Positions 40,168 through 50,699 of a stretch of 64,000 bases of DNA are shown one piece after another. Each line of letters starts with the position of its first letter. The first letter of the stretch is position 1. Source of the stretch: an uncultured Bacteriovoracaceae bacterium (GTDB taxonomy: Bacteria; Bdellovibrionota; UBA2394); contig CAZRCG010000001.1 of assembly GCA_964598565.1 (NCBI GenBank), positions 276,905-340,904 of the forward strand. Direction: 5' to 3'. The notes under the pieces were generated by a model. That model was not told the origin of the DNA. It made no database searches and saw only the letters and a list, made by a program, of their open reading frames with translations. The position numbers and the translations under genes were made by a program.

Positions 40168-41022
40168 GTGACATCCCGAGGAGATACAAACATGAAATTT
40201 GCCATTACATTGGCCCTCGTGAGTGCGACTGCCGTTTCGGCCAGTCCCTATTATGTGGGCGAAAACCTTACCCCGAAAAATCATATTACCTTGGGATTCA
40301 ACGATACTCCCACCAAAAAAGATGCAGGTGCTACTGCGAAGACCGGCAATATTATGGCCCTTGATTTGGATGCCAACTACAATGTGACCGAGAATGTGCC
40401 GGTTCGTTTAAATGCACCCATTTATTTCATTAATAAGAATGCTACTACGACCTCAACTTCGCGAAACAGCTTTGGAAATATTCAACTTGGGACAGGTTGG
40501 AATATGAAGTTTGTATCGTCAGACCAGAGCTGGAACTATGGCTACGCCGCAACAATCGACACCTATCTGCCAACGTCTCGTAAGGACGAAGCTGATAGAG
40601 TTGCGCAGGTCAATCCCTCTACCGATCTCTATCGCTATGCGACTAAGACGACAACCGCTCTGCCTACCTTGGGTCTGTTTGCAGGCACGGATATCTTCTC
40701 AGCGAAAGTTAATCTTGGCCTTGCTTACTCTCGAGTTAGCACGACTGGCGTTACTGACAAGAACCGTTTAAGCATGCCAGCGCAAGTGGCTGCCACATGG
40801 CACGCTCTTCCTAACTTGCATTTGAATGCTGAGTACAATGCGATTGCGCTCGATACCGCAACGGCTAGTACCGGCAAGCGATTGCGACATGGCATGAGCC
40901 CTTCGATTTCTGGAAACTATGAGGCGCTCTTGGCATCCGCCTATGTGACTGTGCCTTTTGATTCTACAACTCGAGATCTTACAGCGGTCTCTTTTGGTTT
41001 GAACGCTGGTTACTCATTCTAA
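40168..41022 (+). CDS. putative outer-membrane beta-barrel protein
   Basis: It has a signal peptide (MKFAITLALVSATAVSA) and alternating beta-strand pattern, ending with GYSF (C-terminal Phe). A strong Rho-independent terminator follows. Confidence 0.6.
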   Translation: MTSRGDTNMKFAITLALVSATAVSASPYYVGENLTPKNHITLGFNDTPTKKDAGATAKTGNIMALDLDANYNVTENVPVRLNAPIYFINKNATTTSTSRNSFGNIQLGTGWNMKFVSSDQSWNYGYAATIDTYLPTSRKDEADRVAQVNPSTDLYRYATKTTTALPTLGLFAGTDIFSAKVNLGLAYSRVSTTGVTDKNRLSMPAQVAATWHALPNLHLNAEYNAIALDTATASTGKRLRHGMSPSISGNYEALLASAYVTVPFDSTTRDLTAVSFGLNAGYSF

Positions 41023-41061
41023 TAGCTTTTGTTTTAGACACTGCTGTGTCTTTTATGATTG

Positions 41062-41100
41062 CACCCCCGCCAGAGTATTCTGAGCGGGGGTTTTTTGTTT
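41062..41100 (+). terminator. Rho-independent terminator
   Basis: gcacccccgc-cagagtattctga-gcggggg forms a 7-bp GC stem, followed by TTTTTTGTTTT immediately downstream of the 40168-41022 gene. Confidence 0.8.
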
Positions 41101-41187
41101 TGAGAGAAAAGTATATTCTCGCTGAGGTTCTGGGACTACCCAGATAAATCATAAAATTTTGTTGCGAGACGGCTCAGACGGAGCCTA

Positions 41188-41775
41188 ATGAAGTACCCAA
41201 GCCCAAGCAGATATTGTAGGATCCCTCTTATGGCTAGTGAATCAAAAGCAATTGAAATGAATACTTCTTGCCCTGAATTTAACCTGAAGGGCATCGATGG
41301 AAGAATGCATACACTCTCTTCGTATTCTACCGCTCAACTTCTTGTTGTCGGATTTACCTGCAATCATTGCCCCTACGTGCAGGCCTATGAGAGTCGTCTC
41401 ATGGACGCTGTTTCGAAGTGGAAAGATCGTTCTGTGGCCTTCGTTTGCATTAACGCAAACGATGCAACGTCTTATCCCGAAGACTCGTTCGAAAAAATGA
41501 TCGAACGAGCCCATCGTCTCCAATTTAATTTTGATTATTTATATGACGAAACTCAATCAGTGGCGCGCGCTTTTAATGCCGCCTGCACCCCTGAGTTTTA
41601 TGTCTACGATGAAAAACGTAGGCTTCGATATCATGGACGCTTGGACGATAGCCCAAAAGATGCTCAAGCCGTGAAGAATAAATATTTAGAGAACGCCGTC
41701 GAGGCGCTTCTAGCGGGCCAAGCCCCTGAGCCGACCCAAACCTCGGCTATCGGATGCAGCATCAAGTGGAAATAA
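41188..41775 (+). CDS. thioredoxin-fold protein (CxxC, TlpA/AhpC-TSA-like)
   Basis: The CNHCP active-site-like motif sits in a thioredoxin-fold context (…LLVVGFTCNHCPYV…FVCINAND…). Confidence 0.65.
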   Translation: MKYPSPSRYCRIPLMASESKAIEMNTSCPEFNLKGIDGRMHTLSSYSTAQLLVVGFTCNHCPYVQAYESRLMDAVSKWKDRSVAFVCINANDATSYPEDSFEKMIERAHRLQFNFDYLYDETQSVARAFNAACTPEFYVYDEKRRLRYHGRLDDSPKDAQAVKNKYLENAVEALLAGQAPEPTQTSAIGCSIKWK

Positions 41776-41813
41776 TCATGAATCTGACAGATCAGAACGA
41801 GACTACCAGCGAC

Positions 41814-44800
41814 CTAATCTCGGGCGACTCCAAAATATTTCGCCTGAGGATGTGAAAAAACGAGGGCCGATACCGAGCACTCAGGGCTCATCATATAGCC
41901 GTCTGTCAGAGTCACGCCGATGTCTTCGGGCTTGAGGGCCTGAAATAATTCGTGCTGAAATTCTAGTTCCGGACAGGCCGGATAACCGAAGCTATAACGC
42001 TTGCCGCGATACCGTGCTTGAAAGCGATCCATCATCGACATATCGGGATTGTCCGCAAAGCCCCACTGAGAGCGAACCATGGAATGCAAATATTCTGCGG
42101 CGGCCTCTGCTGTTTCTAACGAGAGCGACAGTAAAATATGGGACTTCAAAAATGAGCCCTCTTTCTTCCAGCGCTCAGCGGTCTCTCGCACCGGACCCTG
42201 ACACGACGTTACAAAGAGACAAATATTTTCTCCCGAAGCTTTCGCAAAATCTGAAAGGCAAAGTCCTTCACCTTCTCTTTGTCGCTTAAAAGTCCAAGCG
42301 ATCGCTGGTTCTGCATCTAATTTCAACGTCTCGCCGTCAGTCCAGGCTGGAAAATACTGATAAACGGCTTTCGCTGAGATCCACGATCGTGCCTCTTTTT
42401 TTACTTCTTCCAAAAGAGCTGCAATCTCCATACCTTTTCGCATGGCATCGGCCGCTTCCTGGCCTGACGCTAGAAGCTCTTTCGCTTTCGCCGGATCATT
42501 CAAGGCGCGTACCACGTCACCCTTTACGCCCAAGTGCTTACCTAAAAGCATCAGCGGATTCATAAACGCCCAGACCGATTCGAGAGGCAGAGTGACGCTA
42601 TGACGCTTCCAGTCTGGGGGCTGGGGTGGATTCTCCTGCGGCGGAATTTGCGTGCGCTCGACAAACGACGATACTTCCACTTTCGCCGGTTGAGCAGCGG
42701 CTAACTTTAAACGCCGCTCCTTCACTTTAGATATCAGCTCAGCCCGACTACTTTCTTGAATAATTTGCTTCGAGAGCTCAAGACCATTCATCGCATCATT
42801 GGCATACTCCACCAAGCCTTCGCCGTAGGCCGGCGCAATACGACGATCAACGAAATTTCGAGTGAGCGCTGCACCGCCCACCAAAATAGGTATCCGAATG
42901 CCCGCTGCCGAAAGATCACTCGCCGCCTCCACCATCATCTGAGCACTCTTCACAAGGAGCCCCGAAAGTCCCAAAATCTCGGGCTCATATTTTCTGACGG
43001 CTTCAATGAGAGTCTGTGACGGCACCTTAATTCCTAAGTTGATCACTTCAAAACCATTGTTCGATAGAATAATCTCGACCAAGTTCTTACCGATATCATG
43101 AACGTCACCCTTTACAGTGGCTAGCACCACTCGGCCCCTCAGGGACGCATTCGTCTTCTCCATGAAAGGCTTCAAGTGATCGACGGCCGCCTTCATCGCT
43201 TCAGCGCTTTGGAGAACTTCGGCAACGATAAGCTTATTGGCATTGAAGAGACGGCCCACTTCATCCATGCCTGTCATCAAGGGGCCATTAATGATATCGA
43301 GAGGCTTCATGGTCTCAAGAGCCTTGTTCAAATCATCAAAGAGCCCTTCTTTGGAGCCTTCGATAATGTTTCTCGCAAGACGTTCATCGAGCGTAAGATT
43401 TTCTTTGGGCTGCCGTTGCTTAGACTTCTTTGTTCCAAAATGACTTGCAAAAGCTCCCAGGGGATCTGCGCCACGGTTCCATAATAAATCGTCGCACAGC
43501 TTAATTTCGTTTTCTGGAATCTCCGCAAAACGCTCGAGTTTTTCCGTGTTGACGATAGCTAAGTCTAAACCCGCCTGCGTGCAATGATAGAGAAATACCG
43601 AATTGAGTACCTCTCGACCGGCTGCCGGCAGCCCAAACGAGACATTCGAAATGCCCAAGACGGTTTTACAGAGCGGAAATTCTTTCTTTAGCAATCGAAT
43701 ACCCTCAATCGTCTCGACGCCCGAGCCCACATACTGAGGATCTCCTGTGCCACACGGAAAAACCAAGGCATCCCAATAAATATCTTCAGGAAGAATTCCG
43801 TATTTTTCGGTCAAAAGTTTATACGAACGTTGGGCAATCTCGAGCTTTCTCTGGCGAGTCACCCCCATGCCTTGCTGAGGATCATCATCAATTAAACCCA
43901 CGACCAATGCCGCGCCATAGTCGCGCGCTAATGGACAAATATGCTGAAATCGCTCTTCGCCATCTTCAAGATTAATGGAATTGATAATCGCCTTGCCTTG
44001 ACTGTACGTGAGAGCCATTTCAATGACTTTCGTATCAGTAGAATCGATCATCAGCGGCGCAGCTATTTTTTTTACCAGCACCTCAAGAAAATTCTTCATA
44101 TCGTCGAATTCATCGCGATCGGGATTAGCCAAACAAATATCAATAATCTGCGCTGCGTTCTTTATTTGCTTTCGAGCAATATCACTGGCCTCATCCCATT
44201 TTTCGTCTGCGATCAGTTCTTTAAACTTTCGACTGCCAATCACATTGGTACGTTCGCCCACAAAGATCGGTCGATTGGCCTCGTTTACCTCTATCCATTC
44301 GACTCCGGATAAAAGCGAACGAGGCTTTCGCTCATAGTTGCGCGGTTCTATCGACGATGCGAGATTCGCAAAAGCTTTAATATGCTCACAGGTCGTGCCA
44401 CAACAGCCGCCGATCACATTCAACCAGTGACGATCTCCAAAATTTTTAAGAACCTTCGACATCATCGCTGGGCTCTCAAGGTAATTTCCATCTTCATCAG
44501 GCAGGCCTGCATTGGGCACGCACGATATAGAAAACGGAGCAAGTTCTGACATCGCGCGAATGGACTCGGTCATAAACTCAGGCCCCGTAGCGCAGTTGAG
44601 TCCGATATAAAGCAGATCGCGGTGCAATAACGAGACGACGAGCGCCTCAGCCGACTGCCCGGCCAACATTGTCCCGGTGGGCTCAATCGTACCGCTGACG
44701 GCCACAGGTAATTTCACGCTGTGTTTTGCCTGCGCTAGATCAATGCCTTTGAGCGCAGCCTTTATATTTCGTGTGTCTTGACAGGTCTCAATCAAAAAGT

Positions 44801-45278
44801 AGTCGACTCCTCCATCGTAGAGGGCTTCGGCCTGAAGACGAAAATTCTCAACTAACTCTTCGAAGGTCGCTCCCCCCGTCACACTCAAGGCTTTGGTGGT
44901 GGGCCCTATGGAGCCCGCGACAAAGCGAGGCTTATCCGAAAAACTCTCACAGACTCGGCGCGCCAACTCGGCCGAAAAGCGATTGATTTCGTAGGCCTTC
45001 GCGCCCAAAGAAAATTCATTCAGAACTAAGGGCGTACCTCCAAAGGTATTGGTTTCTAAAATATCGGCCCCTGCGACCAAATACTGCCGATGAATGCCTT
45101 CAAGAACAGAGGGCTTAGACAGAATGAGATTTTCATTACAGCCTTCGTAACTATCGCCGCCAAAATCTTCGGCCCGAAGATTACAATTTTGTATCATCGT
45201 TCCCATGGCACCGTCTAAAACTAAGACTCGTTTTCGCATCTCTGCCTTAAGCAGCCGCAGACGTTCGCTTCGATTCAT
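41814..45278 (-). CDS. metH: cobalamin-dependent methionine synthase
   Basis: 1154 aa. It has the Hcy-binding (…VLDGAMGTMIQ…), pterin-binding and B12-binding (…DVHDIGKN…) modules and the AdoMet-activation module in the canonical order. Confidence 0.92.
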   Translation of the reverse strand: MNRSERLRLLKAEMRKRVLVLDGAMGTMIQNCNLRAEDFGGDSYEGCNENLILSKPSVLEGIHRQYLVAGADILETNTFGGTPLVLNEFSLGAKAYEINRFSAELARRVCESFSDKPRFVAGSIGPTTKALSVTGGATFEELVENFRLQAEALYDGGVDYFLIETCQDTRNIKAALKGIDLAQAKHSVKLPVAVSGTIEPTGTMLAGQSAEALVVSLLHRDLLYIGLNCATGPEFMTESIRAMSELAPFSISCVPNAGLPDEDGNYLESPAMMSKVLKNFGDRHWLNVIGGCCGTTCEHIKAFANLASSIEPRNYERKPRSLLSGVEWIEVNEANRPIFVGERTNVIGSRKFKELIADEKWDEASDIARKQIKNAAQIIDICLANPDRDEFDDMKNFLEVLVKKIAAPLMIDSTDTKVIEMALTYSQGKAIINSINLEDGEERFQHICPLARDYGAALVVGLIDDDPQQGMGVTRQRKLEIAQRSYKLLTEKYGILPEDIYWDALVFPCGTGDPQYVGSGVETIEGIRLLKKEFPLCKTVLGISNVSFGLPAAGREVLNSVFLYHCTQAGLDLAIVNTEKLERFAEIPENEIKLCDDLLWNRGADPLGAFASHFGTKKSKQRQPKENLTLDERLARNIIEGSKEGLFDDLNKALETMKPLDIINGPLMTGMDEVGRLFNANKLIVAEVLQSAEAMKAAVDHLKPFMEKTNASLRGRVVLATVKGDVHDIGKNLVEIILSNNGFEVINLGIKVPSQTLIEAVRKYEPEILGLSGLLVKSAQMMVEAASDLSAAGIRIPILVGGAALTRNFVDRRIAPAYGEGLVEYANDAMNGLELSKQIIQESSRAELISKVKERRLKLAAAQPAKVEVSSFVERTQIPPQENPPQPPDWKRHSVTLPLESVWAFMNPLMLLGKHLGVKGDVVRALNDPAKAKELLASGQEAADAMRKGMEIAALLEEVKKEARSWISAKAVYQYFPAWTDGETLKLDAEPAIAWTFKRQREGEGLCLSDFAKASGENICLFVTSCQGPVRETAERWKKEGSFLKSHILLSLSLETAEAAAEYLHSMVRSQWGFADNPDMSMMDRFQARYRGKRYSFGYPACPELEFQHELFQALKPEDIGVTLTDGYMMSPECSVSALVFSHPQAKYFGVARD

Positions 45279-45288
45279 ACCTAAAGAG

Positions 45289-47805
45289 CTACACGGCCTT
45301 TGAACGATCAGACAATGCTAACCATGCAGGAAAAAACACAATGGCCGAGATCATACACGACGCCAAACCCAATACGGCCACCCAGCCGAGAGAGCTGATA
45401 CCCGTATGGTCGGCAACTGCCATACCCCCATAGCCAAAAATCGACGTTAACGTGCAGAGCATGATGGTTGGCGCCACACGTGCGGTCGCCAGCAACGAGG
45501 CCGCACCCTCTTGGTTTTGGCGCAGCTCTAAAAAGCGATGGAATAGGTGAATACTGTTATCAATAACCATGGAGGCCAAAGACGCCCAGGCTACCATATT
45601 GTAGAAATTGATTTTGATTCCGCCCGCTAAAATCACAAGCCCCGTCAGTAAAAAACCATAAAGCACCGGTGCCAATGTAATCGCGGTGAGCTTTAGGTCT
45701 TTAAAATCAAACCAACAGATGAGGGTCACTAAAGCTAGCATACCCAGCAAAAGCCACGGCCCCTCATTTATCACCCGAGTCACAATATCGGCTAAGATGA
45801 TCTCAGGGCCCGAGATCACAGGATTGGCACCGAAATCTCTTTTAAGACGCTCGACAGCCTGTGAAAAACGAATAGACTTTCTTCCGTCTGTTTCCCCGCC
45901 TACATCATAGAGAAATACAAGATGATCGCCTGATCCATCGGATGCTTGGAAGGGTTCAACAACCTCCGACGGCACCTCGTCGAGCGAATACGGCGTTAAA
46001 TTTGGAGCCCGCTCCTGAAGCTCATAGAGGGCCTTACGCAGTCGCTCGTCGTCGAGGCGCTTGATCCACCACCCCTCAAGATCATCTGAAATGGCCTTTA
46101 ATTTCTCAATTCGCTGAGGCAAATCAGGGGAGAAAAATGTGTCTAAACCACTGACGAGGTCAATATCCGGATAACTCTCTTTACGCTGGCGATAAAATTC
46201 GACGAAGCGAAAGGCCTCGTCAGCTGTGGAGAACACCGCCATTGCCGACGGCTTTAACCGCTCGGTGAAAACGCTAGCATTGGCCACTTGAGCGACGCTG
46301 CGCTTCGAATCTTGAACTTTGTCTTCGAAATTATAATCGAAACGCAATTTCCATCCGCATACGATGATGGCGGCAATACCCAGAAAAATAGAGAGGCCAC
46401 GACGAAATCGTAAACTCCCAGGGCTACGAAGCGACTGTGTGAGAAAGGCTCCAATTTGTGGGGCGAGCGACTCTGGCCACGGTTTCTGCCCGCGAAGCTT
46501 CTCAGCGACTAAAATCCACGATGGCATCAACACAACAAACGAACCAGCCACGACAATAACCAAGATAATGGCCACTCGACCGAATTGTGCAAAGCCCTGG
46601 AAGCTGCTGACCGTCAATAGCGCAAAGCCTGCCAAAAGGGCGGTCGACGAAGTGACCGTCGCCAAACCCGTATACTGCCAAGTAAGTCGAAGTGCTTCTA
46701 AGGGTTCTGCATTTTTTCTCTCTTCTAAATAACGTGCCCAGAGATGAATACCAAACTCCACGCCAATTCCGAATATGACCATCACCAAAAAAGCCGCAAT
46801 CGTATTGAGTCGCCCTTCAAAATACTGCGCAATGCCTGCACCCACCGTCAGTCCCATGAGCAATGGCGGGATCAACGCCACCAAACAAAGAAAATTTCTA
46901 AAATAAATCACCAGCACCAACAAAATCAGTAAAATGCCTAAAGCTCCCATCGAGACATCGTTAGCAATAGATTCATATTTTTGGATCTGAGACCACAGTG
47001 ATCCAATAATATCAGGCTGAATATCTTGCGCGTCGTGGCTTGACTGGTAATCTCGTACAAAACTCCAAAGCTCTTCTAAAAGCACTTTGTTATCCGAAAT
47101 ATTGTAGCTGGCAGCCTTAGGGACAATGCGCAAAATTAAAAACGCCCTATCTTCAGTTTCATAGAGAGGCCGCATCTCTTCTAAATCAGCTAAAAACTGT
47201 TTGGCCTGATCGAGAGACTCGTCGTCTCGAGCTTTCTCTGCTTCTGAACGAACGTGGTCTTGGCCCGTATCTTGCCCTACAGCCTGAGCGTCGTCTTTAG
47301 TTTCGGCAGGCTCCTCAAGACCGAATGGGTCTACAATATCGCGATGCTCCCCTCGTTCCCTTAAAATGGTGGCGTGAAGCGAGTTCAGAGAATTCATCGG
47401 AATAAGAAAGAGTTTTTTGTCGTCTAGAAAGTCTTTGGGAGTACGATAGCGAACAGACGAGGCCCAATCTTTCTGTTTGAGAAGGTCTGAAAAACCTTGT
47501 GCCATTTGCAAACGCTTTTCAGGCGTCGAACCTGACAATACCAAGCGGAAGTCTTGAGCGCCGCCGCTTTTAGGCTTTAGCACATTCATCGCCACCACGG
47601 AGGCTGCCTTCTTCGGCAATAAACTCTCAAGGTCGGTATTCATGCGAAGATGAATGGCAAACGACGCCCCCGTCACCGCGACGGCCACACAAATCAAGGC
47701 AATCCACCCATAAAAACGACCGTGAAAGTCCATCATGCGCCGAAATACAGAGCTACCAAACAATGCCATGGCTTTATCGTAGAAGATCCTTATCTTCTGT
47801 GACAA
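45289..47805 (-). CDS. MMPL/RND-superfamily transporter (HpnN-like), 12 TM in two 6-TM bundles
   Basis: 838 aa with two hydrophobic 6-TM blocks separated by periplasmic domains. The pattern is typical of the MMPL family. Confidence 0.75.
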   Translation of the reverse strand: MSQKIRIFYDKAMALFGSSVFRRMMDFHGRFYGWIALICVAVAVTGASFAIHLRMNTDLESLLPKKAASVVAMNVLKPKSGGAQDFRLVLSGSTPEKRLQMAQGFSDLLKQKDWASSVRYRTPKDFLDDKKLFLIPMNSLNSLHATILRERGEHRDIVDPFGLEEPAETKDDAQAVGQDTGQDHVRSEAEKARDDESLDQAKQFLADLEEMRPLYETEDRAFLILRIVPKAASYNISDNKVLLEELWSFVRDYQSSHDAQDIQPDIIGSLWSQIQKYESIANDVSMGALGILLILLVLVIYFRNFLCLVALIPPLLMGLTVGAGIAQYFEGRLNTIAAFLVMVIFGIGVEFGIHLWARYLEERKNAEPLEALRLTWQYTGLATVTSSTALLAGFALLTVSSFQGFAQFGRVAIILVIVVAGSFVVLMPSWILVAEKLRGQKPWPESLAPQIGAFLTQSLRSPGSLRFRRGLSIFLGIAAIIVCGWKLRFDYNFEDKVQDSKRSVAQVANASVFTERLKPSAMAVFSTADEAFRFVEFYRQRKESYPDIDLVSGLDTFFSPDLPQRIEKLKAISDDLEGWWIKRLDDERLRKALYELQERAPNLTPYSLDEVPSEVVEPFQASDGSGDHLVFLYDVGGETDGRKSIRFSQAVERLKRDFGANPVISGPEIILADIVTRVINEGPWLLLGMLALVTLICWFDFKDLKLTAITLAPVLYGFLLTGLVILAGGIKINFYNMVAWASLASMVIDNSIHLFHRFLELRQNQEGAASLLATARVAPTIMLCTLTSIFGYGGMAVADHTGISSLGWVAVLGLASCMISAIVFFPAWLALSDRSKAV

Positions 47806-47861
47806 CGTTGTCCCTTTAAGAATTCACAGCGTGGCCGAATGGCGACAGTTAATCCTTTCAT

Positions 47862-47894
47862 ATATGCGCAAAATGGCGGACAATTTGCGCATAT
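47862..47894. promoter_or_regulatory. candidate operator: 11-bp perfect inverted repeat atatgcgcaaa-N11-tttgcgcatat in the divergent MMPL/pepP promoter region
   Basis: Seen directly in sequence. A related half-site-like direct repeat, aatggcgacag / aatggcggacaa, lies just upstream. Confidence 0.4.
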
Positions 47895-48093
47895 GATTAC
47901 GAGATTTTGTAATCCTTCAAAAACTCGCAGCTTTTTATGTTTGAACCCGCGGGGTGGGTGAAGATTTTCACTTTGTTAGGACAAGATGCGTGAGGCCTCT
48001 CTAGCCCGTCAATTTGAACTTTCAAACACAGCGACTCTCGCGGGGAGGTCAAAGAGAATGACAAGGCACCCTTAGAAACCGTATAGAATAACA

Positions 48094-49458
48094 ATGACAC
48101 AATTTGTAAAACCCTTTGCCAAATCGACCTACAAAAAACGTCGTGAGCGATTAGCCCTAGAGGTCTCTAAGTCGGTGAAAGGAGATTTCGTAATTCTACT
48201 TTGGAGTGGATCTGAGTTGGTCCGCAATTTTGATTGCCATTTTCCATTTCGGGCCACTTCTGATTTTCTTTACTTTACCGGATTTTCAGAGCCAGAAACC
48301 TTGGCGCTTGTGATCTCGAGACGTGGAAAGATCGAGAGTCTGATTGGTTTACGCCCCCGCGACCTCTCACCCAACCGAGGTAGCGAACTATGGGAGGGCG
48401 AACGAGTGGGCGTCGAGCGTGCAACAAGTCATTTGGGCTTTGATAGTGCCTTTAATATTCATGAGGCGCTAACTATTTTAGAACGAGAACTTTCTCATGC
48501 AGGCACCGTCTTATGGACTCTGTCTCAGTTTCGAGAGTGGGACGAAAAGATTCTTCAGGTATTGGCCAAAGTCGATGCGAAAAGTCGTGGCCTATCGCCC
48601 ATACGAGGAATTTTGGATCCGCGCCCAGCCATGCACAGCTTGCGCTTGCAAAAATCCAAAGAAGAGATCGACGTAATGCGGCTGTCGGCGACCATTGGTA
48701 GTGCCGGCCATATCCGGGCCATGCGAGTAACGCGACCGGGCATGTTTGAATATCAAGTTGCGGCTGAAATCGAACGTGAGTTTAAAAAGCGAGGCGCTCA
48801 GTGCCCCTCGTATAACTCAATTGTGGGGGGTGGCAACAATGCATGCACCTTGCACTATCACGCCAACAGCGCTGAGCTTCGAAAGGGGGATCTTCTCCTC
48901 ATCGATGCCGGCTCTGAGTATCATGGATATGCGTCGGACATCACCCGCACCTTTCCTGTCTCGCCGCATTTTAGCCCAGCGCAAAAAGAAGTTTATTCGT
49001 GGGTCTTGAAGTCTCAAGTCGCCTCGATTGCGTCAGTGCGACCTGGATCCAATTTTGAACAGGCTCAAAAGGCCGCCGTACGCATTCTTTGCCGGGGGCT
49101 TTCATCGATGGGCTTTTTTAGAACATCCGCAGAGAGCGTCTATAAAAAAGGCTTATGGAAAAAGTATATGCCCCATGGTATTGGCCATTGGCTAGGACTC
49201 GACGTTCATGATGCTGGACCCTACCGAGATCCAAAAAATCCTGATAAACCCATCGCGTTCAAGGCGGGCAATATTGTTACGATCGAACCTGGCCTTTATA
49301 TTCCATCTAATGATAAATCTGCTCCCAAGGCTTATCGAGGCATCGGCATTCGCATAGAAGACGATGTTCTTGTTACGTCGTCTGGCTACGATGTTCTAAC
49401 AAAAATGTGCCCTAAATCGATTGAAGAGGTTGAAGCCCTTAGAGCTGAGAAACTTTAG
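48094..49458 (+). CDS. pepP: Xaa-Pro aminopeptidase (M24B, aminopeptidase P family)
   Basis: It has the M24 metal-ligand motifs (…DAGSEYHGYASDITRTFPV…, HGIGHWLGLDVHD, …IEPGLY…). Confidence 0.88.
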   Translation: MTQFVKPFAKSTYKKRRERLALEVSKSVKGDFVILLWSGSELVRNFDCHFPFRATSDFLYFTGFSEPETLALVISRRGKIESLIGLRPRDLSPNRGSELWEGERVGVERATSHLGFDSAFNIHEALTILERELSHAGTVLWTLSQFREWDEKILQVLAKVDAKSRGLSPIRGILDPRPAMHSLRLQKSKEEIDVMRLSATIGSAGHIRAMRVTRPGMFEYQVAAEIEREFKKRGAQCPSYNSIVGGGNNACTLHYHANSAELRKGDLLLIDAGSEYHGYASDITRTFPVSPHFSPAQKEVYSWVLKSQVASIASVRPGSNFEQAQKAAVRILCRGLSSMGFFRTSAESVYKKGLWKKYMPHGIGHWLGLDVHDAGPYRDPKNPDKPIAFKAGNIVTIEPGLYIPSNDKSAPKAYRGIGIRIEDDVLVTSSGYDVLTKMCPKSIEEVEALRAEKL

Positions 49459-49472
49459 GTGCCAGCGCTACC

Positions 49473-50357
49473 ATGACAGAAAAGAAAACTTCAGAACTTT
49501 TGACTGAGAAAGACGGCGACGATCTTCGACTCAAAGACCACTGGCACGCTTTAACTTCATTAGATTTGCTGAAGGATATTTCTCAACACGATGGTGAAAG
49601 CGTATTGATTGTAGGCTATCCCGACGATGAGGGCGTCCGACTCAATGGTGGGCGAGCGGGCGCCGTTGAGGGCCCGTCGGCGATCTTGCAGTATTTGGGG
49701 AAGATGGTGGTACGTGATTCTCCCAAAATCTATGTTTTAGAATCTCTTCCGTTAGATCAGCCGTTAGCTCAACGCCACGAGTGGGCCGAGCGCGTCGTCA
49801 CCCAAGCGCTGAAAGCGGGCTTACGAGTTATAACGATGGGCGGCGGCCACGACTACGGCTACCCCGATGCCTCAGCCTATATGGAAGTGGTAAAAGGAAA
49901 AGTTCTGAATATCGATGCTCATCTAGATATGCGCCCGATACTTCAGAACCAGTTTAACTCCGGAACTCCTTTTCGTCGCCTTGTAGAACGCTTTGGCGGG
50001 CGATCTCTCATCCAATACGGATTTTGGCCTCACACGAACGCGGTCGCCCACGAATCGTTTGCTCGAAAACATCACAGTCTTTTGATCGCAGCTACTGAGA
50101 ATCTGCCTCCCATCGAAGGCCCTCTCGGATTATCTATTTGCCTCGATGCCTTCACAGGCATTCGAGGTGTTTCAGCACCGCAGATTATCGGCCTTCCTGT
50201 AGAACGCGCGCTCGACTCCATTCGACGCTTTCGATTTCAATCGCAGTGGCTTGGCCTCTACGAAGTCGCGCCCAATCTCGACCCCATCACTCACGATTCA
50301 GGCCGACTTGCCGCTATGCTGGCGTATTATTTTATTCACCGCTCAATCACTCACTAA
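49473..50357 (+). CDS. arginase-family metallohydrolase (formimidoylglutamase/agmatinase-like)
   Basis: It has the arginase-family Mn-binding motifs GGGHDYGYP (GG.HS-like), IDAHLDMR (DAHxD) and SICLDAF (SxDxD). Confidence 0.7.
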   Translation: MTEKKTSELLTEKDGDDLRLKDHWHALTSLDLLKDISQHDGESVLIVGYPDDEGVRLNGGRAGAVEGPSAILQYLGKMVVRDSPKIYVLESLPLDQPLAQRHEWAERVVTQALKAGLRVITMGGGHDYGYPDASAYMEVVKGKVLNIDAHLDMRPILQNQFNSGTPFRRLVERFGGRSLIQYGFWPHTNAVAHESFARKHHSLLIAATENLPPIEGPLGLSICLDAFTGIRGVSAPQIIGLPVERALDSIRRFRFQSQWLGLYEVAPNLDPITHDSGRLAAMLAYYFIHRSITH

Positions 50358-50663
50358 TGAGGTTGGTAAGCAATGTCGCCGATGAGCAGCTCCATTTTTC
50401 ATGACCGACGCGTAATCAATTTCTCGCCTGTCCTGATCGCGAAGATAGGCGAGTTCAAAGGTTCCTAATCCTTGATCTCGCCAGTAGCGGCACGCGGTAT
50501 AGAGTTGAACGGCCATATAGTTTTCACACCCAGCACCCGCTTCCCTGGTCAGAGTCCACGGAAAAAAATAGAACTTCTTCTCCTTCTTCACTGCCCGTTC
50601 AATCCGGCGATGAAAGGGAGGTAGACGAAATCCAAGGACATCCGGAAAACTTTGCGCAAGCAA
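50343..50663 (-). CDS. small hypothetical protein (TTG start in ORF track)
   Basis: 106-aa ORF with no recognisable family. It overlaps the 3' end of the convergent hydrolase gene by 15 nt. Confidence 0.35.
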   Translation of the reverse strand: MLAQSFPDVLGFRLPPFHRRIERAVKKEKKFYFFPWTLTREAGAGCENYMAVQLYTACRYWRDQGLGTFELAYLRDQDRREIDYASVMKNGAAHRRHCLPTSLVSD

Positions 50664-50699
50664 CCGTTTAAACGCCTTTAAACACCCTTTCAGCCCGGC

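Noticed and set aside
41814-45289. Possible cobalamin or SAM riboswitch upstream of metH
   Set aside because: metH starts 10 nt downstream of the MMPL gene end, so there is no room for a leader riboswitch. metH is also not normally riboswitch-controlled.
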